A stretch of DNA of 64,000 nt from an uncultured Clostridia bacterium (GCA_934756675.1 CAKVLG010000003.1:48768-112767); one strand, 5' to 3'; positions 46,653 through 56,160 are shown, numbered from the stretch's first letter. Numbers and translations are program-made. The notes: generated by a model not told the origin, from the letters alone.

Positions 46653-46680
46653 AGGAATAGTTTTTGTATATATTTATAAA

Positions 46681-48378
46681 TTATGCATTTTTAGATTGTT
46701 TATAGGTGTTTGCTTGCAAAATTAATTCTTTTGCGTGTGATAAAGCAAGCTCCGAAAGTTTACCACCAGTTAGCCTTGCAACTTCTTCTACTTTTCGATT
46801 TTCGTCCAAAATTTCGATATGAGTTGTGGTCGAAACGCCGTCTGACGATTTTGATAAAAAGTAATTATGGTCTGCCATGGCACAAATTTGTGGCAAATGT
46901 GAAACACAAATAATCTGATGCCCCATTGATATTGAATACATTTTTTCTGCCATAACACCAGCGACTTCGCCCGAAACACCAGAGTCGATTTCATCAAAAA
47001 TCATAGTTTCGATTTCGTCTTTACCTGCAGCAATATTTTTAATCGCAAGCATAAGCCTACTCATTTCACCGCCACTTGCAACTTTTGTTAGTGGTCTTGT
47101 AGGAATGCCAGCATTCGCTGTGAACAAAAATTCAACTTCATCAAAACCGCTAGCATCAATAGTGTCTATATTTTTCGCGCCTAATTGAACTTCGAGTTTT
47201 GCATTCTTCATACCAAGTTCACTGAGCTCATTTTTCATGCCAAACTCAAATGTTTTTGCAACGAGTTTACGCTCTTGTGACAATTTTTCTCCGCATTCTG
47301 TTATTGCAGCAACAAGTTTATCCTTTTCTTTTTTAAGCTTACTAATTATCTCTGTTGAATTAATTAACCTATCGTAATCTGTTTGAATTTTAGATAAGTA
47401 CTCGTTTATCTCTTCAATTGAATTGCCATATTTCTTTTTGAATGAATTTAATTTATCGAGCCTTGTTTCTTTTTGTTCAACTTCCGCGCTATCAAGCACA
47501 AGTTCATCTTTCAAATCATCAAGCGTTTCATAAATATCTTTTAGTTCGATATTCGCGCTATATGCCCTTTCTGCAAGTTCATTAATTTTGTCTGTGTATG
47601 CCGATGCACTAGAAAGGTTGCTAGCAAGTGTACCAGTTTTTTCGACTATTCCACCCATATAGCCATCACCATCAAGCAAGCTTATTGATTGATTTAATAA
47701 CTCTGCAATCTTTTCTTGGTTACAAACAAGTGTGTGGAAATTTTTAAGTTCCTCTTCTTCACCAACAACAAAGTTCGCTTCTGTTATTTCTTCGATTTGG
47801 TAGGCGTACAAATCAATAAGTTTTTCACGTTCACTATCGTCTTCTGTAAGCTCTTTTAATTGCTTATTTACATCTTTTAGCTTGGCATAAAGGTTTGCAA
47901 ACTGCAATTTTAATTGTTTACCTTGCACGCCTAGCATGCCATCTAAAAATGGTAAATGGTTTGCCACTTTTAAAAGCGCTTGGTGTTGGAACTGCCCGTG
48001 CAAATCCATAAGTGGCTGCGTTATTTGCTTTAACATCGAAAGAGTAAACATTTTGCCATTTACCCTGCATTCATTTTTACCATCTGTCGTTATTTTGCGA
48101 GAAATGATTATCGTGTTTTCTTTTTCAAGCCCCAAGTCTTCCATCAATTGCAAGATTTTTTCGTTGTTTGTGGAAAACACGGCTTCGACAACGGCGGCAG
48201 TTTCACCATAAGAAATCATTGATTTATCGGCTTTTTCGCCAAGCAACAAAGAGAGTGAGTCAACAACAAGTGACTTACCCGAACCAGTTTCACCCGATAG
48301 ACAGTTGAAACCAAGACCAAACTCTATCATGCCATTTTTAATCAATGCGACATTTTTTATGGTCAAACTTTCTAGCAT
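46681..48378 (-). CDS. recN: DNA repair protein RecN
   Basis: 565 aa. Walker A GETGSGKS, long coiled coil, and C-terminal SGGEMSRLMLAIK and FDEIDSGVSG. Confidence 0.92.
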   Translation of the reverse strand: MLESLTIKNVALIKNGMIEFGLGFNCLSGETGSGKSLVVDSLSLLLGEKADKSMISYGETAAVVEAVFSTNNEKILQLMEDLGLEKENTIIISRKITTDGKNECRVNGKMFTLSMLKQITQPLMDLHGQFQHQALLKVANHLPFLDGMLGVQGKQLKLQFANLYAKLKDVNKQLKELTEDDSEREKLIDLYAYQIEEITEANFVVGEEEELKNFHTLVCNQEKIAELLNQSISLLDGDGYMGGIVEKTGTLASNLSSASAYTDKINELAERAYSANIELKDIYETLDDLKDELVLDSAEVEQKETRLDKLNSFKKKYGNSIEEINEYLSKIQTDYDRLINSTEIISKLKKEKDKLVAAITECGEKLSQERKLVAKTFEFGMKNELSELGMKNAKLEVQLGAKNIDTIDASGFDEVEFLFTANAGIPTRPLTKVASGGEMSRLMLAIKNIAAGKDEIETMIFDEIDSGVSGEVAGVMAEKMYSISMGHQIICVSHLPQICAMADHNYFLSKSSDGVSTTTHIEILDENRKVEEVARLTGGKLSELALSHAKELILQANTYKQSKNA

Positions 48379-48608
48379 TAATTTTCTCCCGCGGTATTTA
48401 TATCTGTAAATGGTTTTAATTTAATTTCATCTAATTCTTTTTTAATGACTAAAACTTCACCATCTGTTTGCTTTATTTTTTCGAAACAGAGCTTCGAAAG
48501 TTCTACACTTTTTTCAAAAAGTTTAACAGAATCTTCTAGACTCAAGTTACCACTTTCTAGTTGCTCTGCAATTTGCTGTAAACTGTTAATTGCTTCTTCG
48601 TATTTCAT
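48378..48608 (-). CDS. xseB: exodeoxyribonuclease VII small subunit
   Basis: 76 aa, helical, LEDSVKLFEKSVELSKLC pattern. Follows xseA. Confidence 0.85.
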   Translation of the reverse strand: MKYEEAINSLQQIAEQLESGNLSLEDSVKLFEKSVELSKLCFEKIKQTDGEVLVIKKELDEIKLKPFTDINTAGEN

Positions 48609-48610
48609 AA

Positions 48611-49789
48611 TTACTCCTTAATACTTTTTACTTCGCTTATAATTGTTCCGTCAATTAATTTTGTTTCAATAGTTTCGCCAGCTCTAACACTTTTAACTGA
48701 TTTAATAACTTCGCCGTCTTTATAAGTTCGTGAATATCCTTGTTTTAAAAGTTCTAGCGGATTGGCTTTTGATAACCTTAGCGATAACAAGTCTAGCTTA
48801 GACTTTTCTTTTGCAAAATTGGCATCAAATGATTTTTCTATTGTTTTTAATAAATCTGATAGTTTTATCTTTTGATTTAATGAAAGCTTTTCCATAGCAT
48901 TAACCGCATATCCAGCTACACTAACAACTTGATTTTTCTTGGCTGTTATTATTGCTGCCATTGCGTTTTCGATACGATTAATCGTGTTTGTTATATTGTT
49001 AGTTTCGGCATAAAAATCAAAAACCGCAAGCTCGGCTGCAACAGACGGAGTTGGTGCTCGCATATCTGCCACAAAATCTATCAACGAAAAATCTGTTTCA
49101 TGCCCAACACCTGTTATTATTGGCTTTTTACATTCAAAAACAGCACGCACAACCTTTTCGGTATTAAATGGTGCCAAATCTTCAAACGAGCCACCACCGC
49201 GTGCAACAATAACAATGTCAACATCTGTGTTTTCAAAATATTTAAGACCGTCAACAATTTCGTTTTCAGCATTAATGCCTTGAACTTTTGCCGGATAAAC
49301 GATAAGTTCTGTGTTTGGGTTCTTGCGTTTTGTTACGTTATAAATATCGCGAATAACGGCGCCTGTCTCACTTGTAACAACACCGATTTTATGTGCAAAC
49401 TTTGGTATTTGCTTTTTGTATCTTTCATCAAAAACGCCTTCGGCTGTGAGTTTTTCTTTAAGTTCCAAATATTTTTGATATAACTCACCCATTCCATATG
49501 GTTCGATTTTATTTACAATAAAAGACAATTTACCGAGCTTGATCGAGTAATTAAGTTTACCAGTCACAAGCACCTTGTCGCCATTCTTTTGCATTTTTCC
49601 ATATGCACCAAACATAACGCAAGAAAGCTGCGCGCCTTCTTCTTTTATGTCAAAATAAGCGTTGTTGCCAGAAATTTTAAAATTCGAAACTTCACCAAAA
49701 ACGCTGACATTAGAAATAAAATCTTCAGCGTCGATAATTCGTTTAACTATTGTATTTAATTGCGTAATTGATAAAGTTATGTTTTGCAT
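48611..49789 (-). CDS. xseA: exodeoxyribonuclease VII large subunit
   Basis: 392 aa with an OB-fold N-terminus and motif ARGGGSFEDL. Confidence 0.9.
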   Translation of the reverse strand: MQNITLSITQLNTIVKRIIDAEDFISNVSVFGEVSNFKISGNNAYFDIKEEGAQLSCVMFGAYGKMQKNGDKVLVTGKLNYSIKLGKLSFIVNKIEPYGMGELYQKYLELKEKLTAEGVFDERYKKQIPKFAHKIGVVTSETGAVIRDIYNVTKRKNPNTELIVYPAKVQGINAENEIVDGLKYFENTDVDIVIVARGGGSFEDLAPFNTEKVVRAVFECKKPIITGVGHETDFSLIDFVADMRAPTPSVAAELAVFDFYAETNNITNTINRIENAMAAIITAKKNQVVSVAGYAVNAMEKLSLNQKIKLSDLLKTIEKSFDANFAKEKSKLDLLSLRLSKANPLELLKQGYSRTYKDGEVIKSVKSVRAGETIETKLIDGTIISEVKSIKE

Positions 49790-50181
49790 TATTCACCTGT
49801 AAAATTAGCAAGTATTCCGTTTATAAACTTTCCACTTTTCTCGGTTGAGTATTTTTTTGCTAGTTCCAAAGCTTCGTTAATACTAACCTTGTGTGGAATA
49901 GATTTTATGTATGTCATTTCATAAATAGCAACTAACATAATTGCTAAATCAACTTTATAAATTCTGTTGATTGCAAACCCATGGCTAAGTTGCGAAATAG
50001 ACTCAATCAATTCGTCATAGTGAGCAATTACACCATTATAAACATCTAGCACATAACCTTTTTCTTGTTCAATTTTATTTTCTTCACAAAGTTCGTCTAA
50101 AAACTCAAAGTCTTTATTATTGCTAAATACGTATTCAAAAACTAATTTAAACGCAACTTCACGCGCTACATATCTACTCAT
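49789..50181 (-). CDS. nusB: transcription antitermination factor NusB
   Basis: Start at ATG 50181 (MSRYVAREVAFKLVF). Typical NusB N-terminus and length (130 aa). Confidence 0.9.
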   Translation of the reverse strand: MSRYVAREVAFKLVFEYVFSNNKDFEFLDELCEENKIEQEKGYVLDVYNGVIAHYDELIESISQLSHGFAINRIYKVDLAIMLVAIYEMTYIKSIPHKVSINEALELAKKYSTEKSGKFINGILANFTGE

Positions 50182-51082
50182 TTCCCATCTCCGTTTCATA
50201 TACTTTTTTTGAGTCACCAGAAGCTTCTTCTTCCTTGTTTTTTCTATAAAATTTATATTCTTTTTCTAGTTCAATTTTGGTTTTAGTGTTCTTATGTTCC
50301 GAATTGTCACCACTATTCTCGCTATCAAACCCACTAAATTTTTGGACAGTAGGAGCAGCCTTAGATTCGCTGAAATTTACTTTAATTGGCTTACCACTAG
50401 CCCCACCAATAACTATTGGTTTAAAGTTATCTTTTGGGGCAGCCTTTGGTTTTGCCAGATTTTTAATAGCTTTGCTTGCAGCTTCTGCCTTTTTCGTATC
50501 ACCACTCTGCTGAGCTTGTTCTTGTTTCTGGCGAAGTAAACGTCTGAGTTCAAGCAATTCTTTTTCTTCTGGTGTAAGCTTTTTAGTAAACATCAAAGAA
50601 GTCGCATCTTTTACTTTTGCAAACTTACGAACACGATTTTTTATTATCGCAATGGCAGGAATTTCTTTTCCGTTTTTGTCGAATTTTGGATTAATATTTA
50701 ATTCTTCATAAATTGTTTTTACTCTGTTGCCATTTTCATCATAAACTGGCACAAGCCCAAGTAATTCATAAAGAGTTAAAATTCTACCATTTTTATCGTA
50801 CCTTACTGGGATACCAAGAATTTTATAAATGGCTGTTGGGTCATCATTATCTTTCTTTGGTGCAATATCTGCTGCAAGTTTTTCTAACTGCTTGCGTTTT
50901 AAATCTCTTTTAAGTTTTGCAATGAAAAACGAAACTACACCAATTGCGATAACAGCTGCAACTATAAGCAAAATAAATGGTAACAGTGATATCGCTTTAA
51001 CAATAAATAGCACACTAACAAAAATTGCCAGTGCAATTATACTAAATAAAACAGACATCAATATTTTTTTTCGTTTGTTCAT
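50174..51082 (-). CDS. hypothetical membrane protein with three tandem ~20-aa repeats and a Lys-rich tail
   Basis: 302 aa with two N-terminal TM. Repeats are AIYKILGIPVRYDKNGRI / TLYELLGLVPVYDENGNRV / TIYEELNINPKFDKNGKEI. Overlaps the nusB start by 8 nt. Confidence 0.5.
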   Translation of the reverse strand: MNKRKKILMSVLFSIIALAIFVSVLFIVKAISLLPFILLIVAAVIAIGVVSFFIAKLKRDLKRKQLEKLAADIAPKKDNDDPTAIYKILGIPVRYDKNGRILTLYELLGLVPVYDENGNRVKTIYEELNINPKFDKNGKEIPAIAIIKNRVRKFAKVKDATSLMFTKKLTPEEKELLELRRLLRQKQEQAQQSGDTKKAEAASKAIKNLAKPKAAPKDNFKPIVIGGASGKPIKVNFSESKAAPTVQKFSGFDSENSGDNSEHKNTKTKIELEKEYKFYRKNKEEEASGDSKKVYETEMGNE

Positions 51083-51093
51083 ATTTCCTCAAC

Positions 51094-51121
51094 CAAAAAA
51101 ACCTTTAATTGCTTAAAGGTT
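51094..51121 (-). terminator. intrinsic terminator (possibly partial) after the asp23-like gene
   Basis: Minus strand ACCTTTAA-GCAA-TTAAAGGT followed by TTTTTTT. Overlaps the stop codon. Confidence 0.65.
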
Positions 51122-51506
51122 ACATAACAGCAACATCATCTGTGGCAGAGAATACAACACCCATAACATTAACGTTAATCGTGTCAACTTTAAATTCTGT
51201 CATAGACTCGATACTGCTTTTGATATTTTCTTGTACTCTGAAGGCTACATCTTTAACCGAGTAACCGAATACAACATCAATAAATACATCAACATAAACA
51301 TTGTTATCAACAAAGTCGATAGCGATACCGCGTTGATAGTTCTTAAAAAGCATACGTTTTAAAACAGGAACACCGGCAGAACTAAGACCAGCCACACCAC
51401 TAATTTCTTGTGTTGCAAGCTTTACAATCGAAAGAACCACATGTTTTTTGTATGATACATTTCCTTCATCTTCGGTATTAATAATTTTTTTAATGTGTTT
51501 AGCCAT
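51120..51506 (-). CDS. Asp23/Gls24 family envelope stress protein
   Basis: Start at ATG 51506 (AAGGAG upstream). Motifs ISGVAGLS and VYVDVFIDVVFGYSV. Same position as yqhY in Bacillus. Confidence 0.85.
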   Translation of the reverse strand: MAKHIKKIINTEDEGNVSYKKHVVLSIVKLATQEISGVAGLSSAGVPVLKRMLFKNYQRGIAIDFVDNNVYVDVFIDVVFGYSVKDVAFRVQENIKSSIESMTEFKVDTINVNVMGVVFSATDDVAVM

Positions 51507-51579
51507 AAACGCACTCCTTACTAAATAATAGTATAACATAAAGAATTATTTATGGCAAGACTTTGAAATATTATTTCTC

Positions 51580-52056
51580 TTATTCAACAGGAATTACTTT
51601 AACATTTGTAGCTTTAACTTTTGTTTCATCAACCAAAATAGAAAGAATTTTTGCAACCTCGGCAGAAGTAATGCCGTTTGATTTTACCATTACATTATAA
51701 CTACCATCACTTGTAGTAACGATTGCATCACTAAAACCAGCAGCCATAATTTTACCTTCAAGTAAAACTTCCGTTTTCATAATGGCAGAAATTTCCATAA
51801 TTTTTGCATTAGCTTCATTAATTTGTACTTGATCTTTGCTTGTTTTTGCAACTGATTGATAATAAGCTATTTGCAAATCTCTTGTGCTTTGTTTGTCTGC
51901 CCTATATGTCGAAAAGAAGTTTGCAGTTTGCGATGATGTTGTAGTTGTAATGTCTGTTACACTCTTTCTGTTAAGTGCAACATTTAAGTATCCTGTAACA
52001 AGCAACAAAACGACCATTCCCACTAAAATAAAAATTTTCTTCCCTTTGCTAAGCAT
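51580..52056 (-). CDS. spoIIIAH: stage III sporulation protein AH
   Basis: Start at ATG 52056 (AAGGAGGG 7 nt upstream). One N-terminal TM, then a YscJ/FliF-like domain. Last gene of the spoIIIA operon. Confidence 0.8.
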   Translation of the reverse strand: MLSKGKKIFILVGMVVLLLVTGYLNVALNRKSVTDITTTTSSQTANFFSTYRADKQSTRDLQIAYYQSVAKTSKDQVQINEANAKIMEISAIMKTEVLLEGKIMAAGFSDAIVTTSDGSYNVMVKSNGITSAEVAKILSILVDETKVKATNVKVIPVE

Positions 52057-52090
52057 GATTTTTCCCTCCTTAAAACCAATTACTTTCATT

Positions 52091-52636
52091 TTATTTACCC
52101 TCCAAAACCTCGACTGAAGAAACGTCAACTTTAAGCACGCTAGACACAATGTTGCAAATCTCTAGTTTAGTTTTAACATCTCCCACACCGCTAGCAACAA
52201 TAAGTGCACCTTTTATGCTTGGCAACTCTTCATACACAACTATCGGGTAAGTTGTCGTCCCATCTTTGGCTAATATAATTGTATTCACCTGACTTGAAAT
52301 TGATGTATTATTTTTTCCATTACTTGTTTCCGAAAGATAGGTTAATTTGGGGCTTTCTGTAACAAAAAGAAAAACATTGACATTATTTATTCCCTTAACC
52401 GAATTTAGAACATTTTTTAGTCTGTTTTCTGTTTTGGTTACATACTCTAAATATAAACTAGTTTCCTTAGTCGTTGTTGTTTTTGTTGAGCTTGTTTGAG
52501 TGCCCATTTTAAAACTTGAAAAAAACAAAAATAAAATAATTACAAATATAAGAGCAGCAGAAATTAATGCAAGTTTTTTATTTTTTGTTATGTCTTTAAA
52601 TTTCGAAAAAATGCTTTTCTTCTCGTTATCTTCCAT
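52091..52636 (-). CDS. spoIIIAG: stage III sporulation protein AG
   Basis: 181 aa with an N-terminal TM and C-terminal IKGALIVASGVGDVKTKLEI..VLKVDVSSVEVL typical of SpoIIIAG. No obvious SD. Confidence 0.85.
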   Translation of the reverse strand: MEDNEKKSIFSKFKDITKNKKLALISAALIFVIILFLFFSSFKMGTQTSSTKTTTTKETSLYLEYVTKTENRLKNVLNSVKGINNVNVFLFVTESPKLTYLSETSNGKNNTSISSQVNTIILAKDGTTTYPIVVYEELPSIKGALIVASGVGDVKTKLEICNIVSSVLKVDVSSVEVLEGK

Positions 52637-52747
52637 GGTAAATTATATTAATTATAAAAAATATAAATTACACAAAAAACGCAAAATATAAATTATTTAT
52701 ATGAATTTTATGCAATATTTTAATATTTTTAGCATATTTTTGCAATT

Positions 52748-52915
52748 TTATATAAATTTTAAAAGTAAGTTAAACAGTGAATTTATACATAAATAAAACA
52801 TAAAAATTGCAATTGTTGATTTTACATATTTCGTAACTCGCCCATCAACCAAAACAAAATCACACACAATTTCCAGCACCGAACAAGCAACAATAACAAC
52901 TAAAAAATCTCTCAT
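52748..52915 (-). CDS. spoIIIAF: SpoIIIAF-like 55-aa membrane protein (TM hairpin only)
   Basis: Below the track cutoff. ATG 52915 overlaps the spoIIIAE stop (ATGA). Product is MRDFLVVIVACSVLEIVCDFVLVDGRVTKYVKSTIAIFMFYLCINSLFNLLLKFI, which resembles the SpoIIIAF N-terminus. Operon position is correct. Confidence 0.55.
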   Translation of the reverse strand: MRDFLVVIVACSVLEIVCDFVLVDGRVTKYVKSTIAIFMFYLCINSLFNLLLKFI

Positions 52916-54093
52916 ACAAGCACCCCTGACACGCTAGAAATTATAAAAATAATTACCACAAAATACATGCATAAAATAACAAGTAAACATGTAAGTAACA
53001 ACTTAAAAGATTTACCCACGCCAGATAAAATTTCCACACTTTTTGTTTCACCAAGTGGCTCTAAAATTCCAGCTAAAACCTTTAACGCTAAACTAAAAAT
53101 TGCAATACCAATTATTGGCGCCACAGTTGATCCAAATATCAAAATACAAGCAATTATACCAACTGAATTTTTAACTAAATAACCACCTATTTTAACAATA
53201 TCAATTCCTTCCGACACATACCCACCAAGCATCGGCACATAATTTTTGATTGCATATCTGGCAGCTTTTAAACTAACTCCATCACTCATACCAGCTGTTA
53301 TTCCTTGAACCGAAAAAAAGAAAAAATATACTCCAAGCGTTATGCCTAATATATATTTAAATAGCGTATTGAAAAAATCTATAAGCTTTGTAAATTTTGT
53401 TTTATTCGAAATATTATTTAAAATAGAAAGCACAAACACAACAGTAAAAATTGGAACCAAACAATAAAGGAAAATTGAACTTACAATATTTGACAAAAGC
53501 AATGTTAGTGGACTAAGTGCTGCCGCTGTGCCAGTCGCCCCAAGCGATAAAACAAGCGTTAACATGATTGGAAAAACAATACTCATTTGCTTTTGCATAT
53601 TTTGCATTGCCTTATAGCTATCATTAATTACCCCACCAGATAGCCTTATTATCATTGCAACAACTATTGAAAAACAAACAAAATATATAATATTGCCAGT
53701 TCCATTTTGTTTGCCGTCTGGCTTTATTTTATCAAAGAAAAAACAAAGTAAAATTATGGTTAAAATTACAAGCAGCACCGATAAATAACTTTTAATATTA
53801 CTTGTAATTATACTAAAAATAAAATTAGTAACAGATTCAAAATCAAGAGAAATATTACCTTTAATTATCTCTGTTATAAATTCTTTTGCCGTTAGTTTAT
53901 TATAGTTAAAATCACAATTAGTTAAGTATTCATCAAGCGATGAAAAATCAATATCTTCTACTATTTTTTCTACGTTTTCGTTAAGTGTTTCATTATCATT
54001 TTCACCATGACACACGTTTGCTGGTAATTTTGAAAAATTAAGAAAAAACGCAAAACTTATTAATAAAATAAGAAAAAGTGTTGTTTTTTTCAT
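52912..54093 (-). CDS. spoIIIAE: stage III sporulation protein AE
   Basis: 393 aa with a signal/TM segment plus a polytopic C-terminal half. Fifth gene of the operon. Confidence 0.9.
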   Translation of the reverse strand: MKKTTLFLILLISFAFFLNFSKLPANVCHGENDNETLNENVEKIVEDIDFSSLDEYLTNCDFNYNKLTAKEFITEIIKGNISLDFESVTNFIFSIITSNIKSYLSVLLVILTIILLCFFFDKIKPDGKQNGTGNIIYFVCFSIVVAMIIRLSGGVINDSYKAMQNMQKQMSIVFPIMLTLVLSLGATGTAAALSPLTLLLSNIVSSIFLYCLVPIFTVVFVLSILNNISNKTKFTKLIDFFNTLFKYILGITLGVYFFFFSVQGITAGMSDGVSLKAARYAIKNYVPMLGGYVSEGIDIVKIGGYLVKNSVGIIACILIFGSTVAPIIGIAIFSLALKVLAGILEPLGETKSVEILSGVGKSFKLLLTCLLVILCMYFVVIIFIISSVSGVLV

Positions 54094-54473
54094 AAAATCA
54101 CACTAAAAATTGTATTTATTAAATTTTTTACAATTGGCAGAGCAATAATACAAATCGCTATTTTACCACCAAGTAAAACATAATTTGCAATCAATTTATT
54201 ACCGCTATCTTCAGCCACATTACTCGTGAACTCTGTTAAATATCCAACACCTATAACCTTTATAACAGGAACCAAAATATCGCTATTTAAACCAGAGATA
54301 TTGCTAAGCACGAACATTTGACTAACTATCTCTTTTAGCCCTTCTGTCATCATTCCAAAAATAACCAGTGCACCCATAATACTAACAAGCAAAGCAAACT
54401 CTGGTTTATATTGTTTTAGTAATATCGAAAGTATCACACATACCAAACCAACACCAATTATTTTTAAAATCAT
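54090..54473 (-). CDS. spoIIIAD: stage III sporulation protein AD
   Basis: 127 aa with 4 TM. N-terminus MILKIIGVGLV is typical. Confidence 0.88.
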   Translation of the reverse strand: MILKIIGVGLVCVILSILLKQYKPEFALLVSIMGALVIFGMMTEGLKEIVSQMFVLSNISGLNSDILVPVIKVIGVGYLTEFTSNVAEDSGNKLIANYVLLGGKIAICIIALPIVKNLINTIFSVIL

Positions 54474-54484
54474 AATGTTTCCTT

Positions 54485-54682
54485 TTATTGCAGATTAAAT
54501 AAAGTTTTCACCGTTGTAAATAAATCGCTAACCATGTTTAAAACCATTACTAAAACAATAACCAAACCAGCGAGAGTTGCAAGAGTTGCTATTTCTGTTT
54601 TGCCAGCATGTTGCAAAATTTGCGCAACCACCGCAGTTAGTATTCCTATTGCTGCTATCTTAAAAATTATTTCTACACCCAT
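54485..54682 (-). CDS. spoIIIAC: stage III sporulation protein AC
   Basis: 65 aa with 2 TM. IFKIAAIGILTAVVAQIL is typical. Confidence 0.88.
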   Translation of the reverse strand: MGVEIIFKIAAIGILTAVVAQILQHAGKTEIATLATLAGLVIVLVMVLNMVSDLFTTVKTLFNLQ

Positions 54683-54689
54683 AGCTCAC

Positions 54690-55175
54690 CTAAATAATTA
54701 TAATTGCAAGTACCAGTCCAATACCAATTCCAAGTTTTATGCTTACATTGTAATTTTTTGTTTTAAGTTGATTTGCATTATTTTCTTTTTCTGAAAATAA
54801 CTCTATATATTGGCTTAAAAAATCTTGCTGACTTTGATTGTCATTTTTGCCAAGCCCTTGCAAAAAATCAACTATATCGTTTTTAGAATCACCATCTAAT
54901 TTATTTGGTATCAGTTTAAACAAATCTTCTTTTATCGCGCTGCCACAAACAAAATCATATGCTACTAATAAAAACTCTTTAAACTTTTTTGAACAACTAA
55001 AATTTGCAAAGTTGTCTTTTAGCAATTCTCTGTTGTAATTTATATTTCGTTTCAAAAAACTTACAAACCCCACAAGTTCTTTATAAAACTTATGAACAGA
55101 CAAATACTCGCCAGCTACAACAAACCCACCAGCCCAACACAAAGCCACAATTACACATGCAAAAATATAATTCAT
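54690..55175 (-). CDS. spoIIIAB: stage III sporulation protein AB
   Basis: 161 aa with TM helices at both ends flanking a helical cytoplasmic domain. Second gene of the operon. Confidence 0.8.
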   Translation of the reverse strand: MNYIFACVIVALCWAGGFVVAGEYLSVHKFYKELVGFVSFLKRNINYNRELLKDNFANFSCSKKFKEFLLVAYDFVCGSAIKEDLFKLIPNKLDGDSKNDIVDFLQGLGKNDNQSQQDFLSQYIELFSEKENNANQLKTKNYNVSIKLGIGIGLVLAIIII

Positions 55176-55177
55176 GT

Positions 55178-56080
55178 TTACCTCATATACAAATAGTCGA
55201 GTTTTTCATTTTGTACAGACTCAACAGTGCCCGGCCCGCGGCTTTGAGAAAGAACCACAAACCTATCAAAATAATTGCCCGCAATAAGTTCGTTAAATTC
55301 ACCTTTCTTTCTAAGGTCGCTAACACAATCTGCATGTGCCGATGCCAAGACACGAATACCACTCATAATTGCAGCCTCACAAGCTTCGATGTCGCTTTTA
55401 GTTGCAAGCTCGTCAGTTATTATCACATCTGGTCTAAGTGTTCGCACACCTTCGCGGAAACCATATGCCTTGTCGCAACCAGAAATCACATCTGTATATT
55501 CGCCAACATTTAGCATGCAATTTGTGCCATTTTGAGAAGCAATTTCAAATCTTTCATCAATTATCAAAATGTTTAGAATATTGTTTAATTCGCAAAGTTT
55601 TCGGCTTATATCTCGCAAAAATGTAGTCTTTCCACAACCTGGTGGCGAAATAATTAGTGTGTTTTTAACTATACCTTCGCTCAAAATAAAGTTCATAGCT
55701 GTTAGCGAGCAGTCTTTAATCTCGTGCGGAACTCTGATATTTAATGACGAAATGTTTTTTATGGTCTTGTTCTTACCATTTTCAAACACAGTTTCGCCAG
55801 CAAGACCTATTCTTATTCCACCTTTACACGTTATATATCCTTTTTGTATTTGGTTTTGAAAAGCATAAAGCGAATACTCACTTGCCTTTGCCAAGCAATA
55901 ATCAATTAGCGAAAGTGACGCATAAACAACTCTGCCAGCCGATTTTAGCACAAAATAACGCCCTTTTTCGGCTACAATTATCGGAAACCCATTTCTTATG
56001 CGAATTTCGGTAATTAAGCCCAAATTAAAGGTCGAATTTATAATTTCTAGAATATCTTGTGGTAATATCTGACTAAGCAT
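55178..56080 (-). CDS. spoIIIAA: stage III sporulation protein AA (secretion-type ATPase)
   Basis: 300 aa. Walker A SPPGCGKTT and Walker B VIITDE. First gene of the operon. Confidence 0.9.
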   Translation of the reverse strand: MLSQILPQDILEIINSTFNLGLITEIRIRNGFPIIVAEKGRYFVLKSAGRVVYASLSLIDYCLAKASEYSLYAFQNQIQKGYITCKGGIRIGLAGETVFENGKNKTIKNISSLNIRVPHEIKDCSLTAMNFILSEGIVKNTLIISPPGCGKTTFLRDISRKLCELNNILNILIIDERFEIASQNGTNCMLNVGEYTDVISGCDKAYGFREGVRTLRPDVIITDELATKSDIEACEAAIMSGIRVLASAHADCVSDLRKKGEFNELIAGNYFDRFVVLSQSRGPGTVESVQNEKLDYLYMR

Positions 56081-56160
56081 AGTAAATTTTACTATTTACA
56101 TAGCAAATTTATGATTAATATAAAAAATAAGGCTCACAATTGCGCCTTAAAATTTTGCAT

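Noticed and set aside
52637-52747. Sigma-E type internal promoter for spoIIIAG-AH in the AT-rich spacer
   Set aside because: Pieces resembling AATATT...CATATAAA exist, but the spacing options are ambiguous in such AT-rich DNA. It is noted in the SpoIIIAF finding but not called as a feature.
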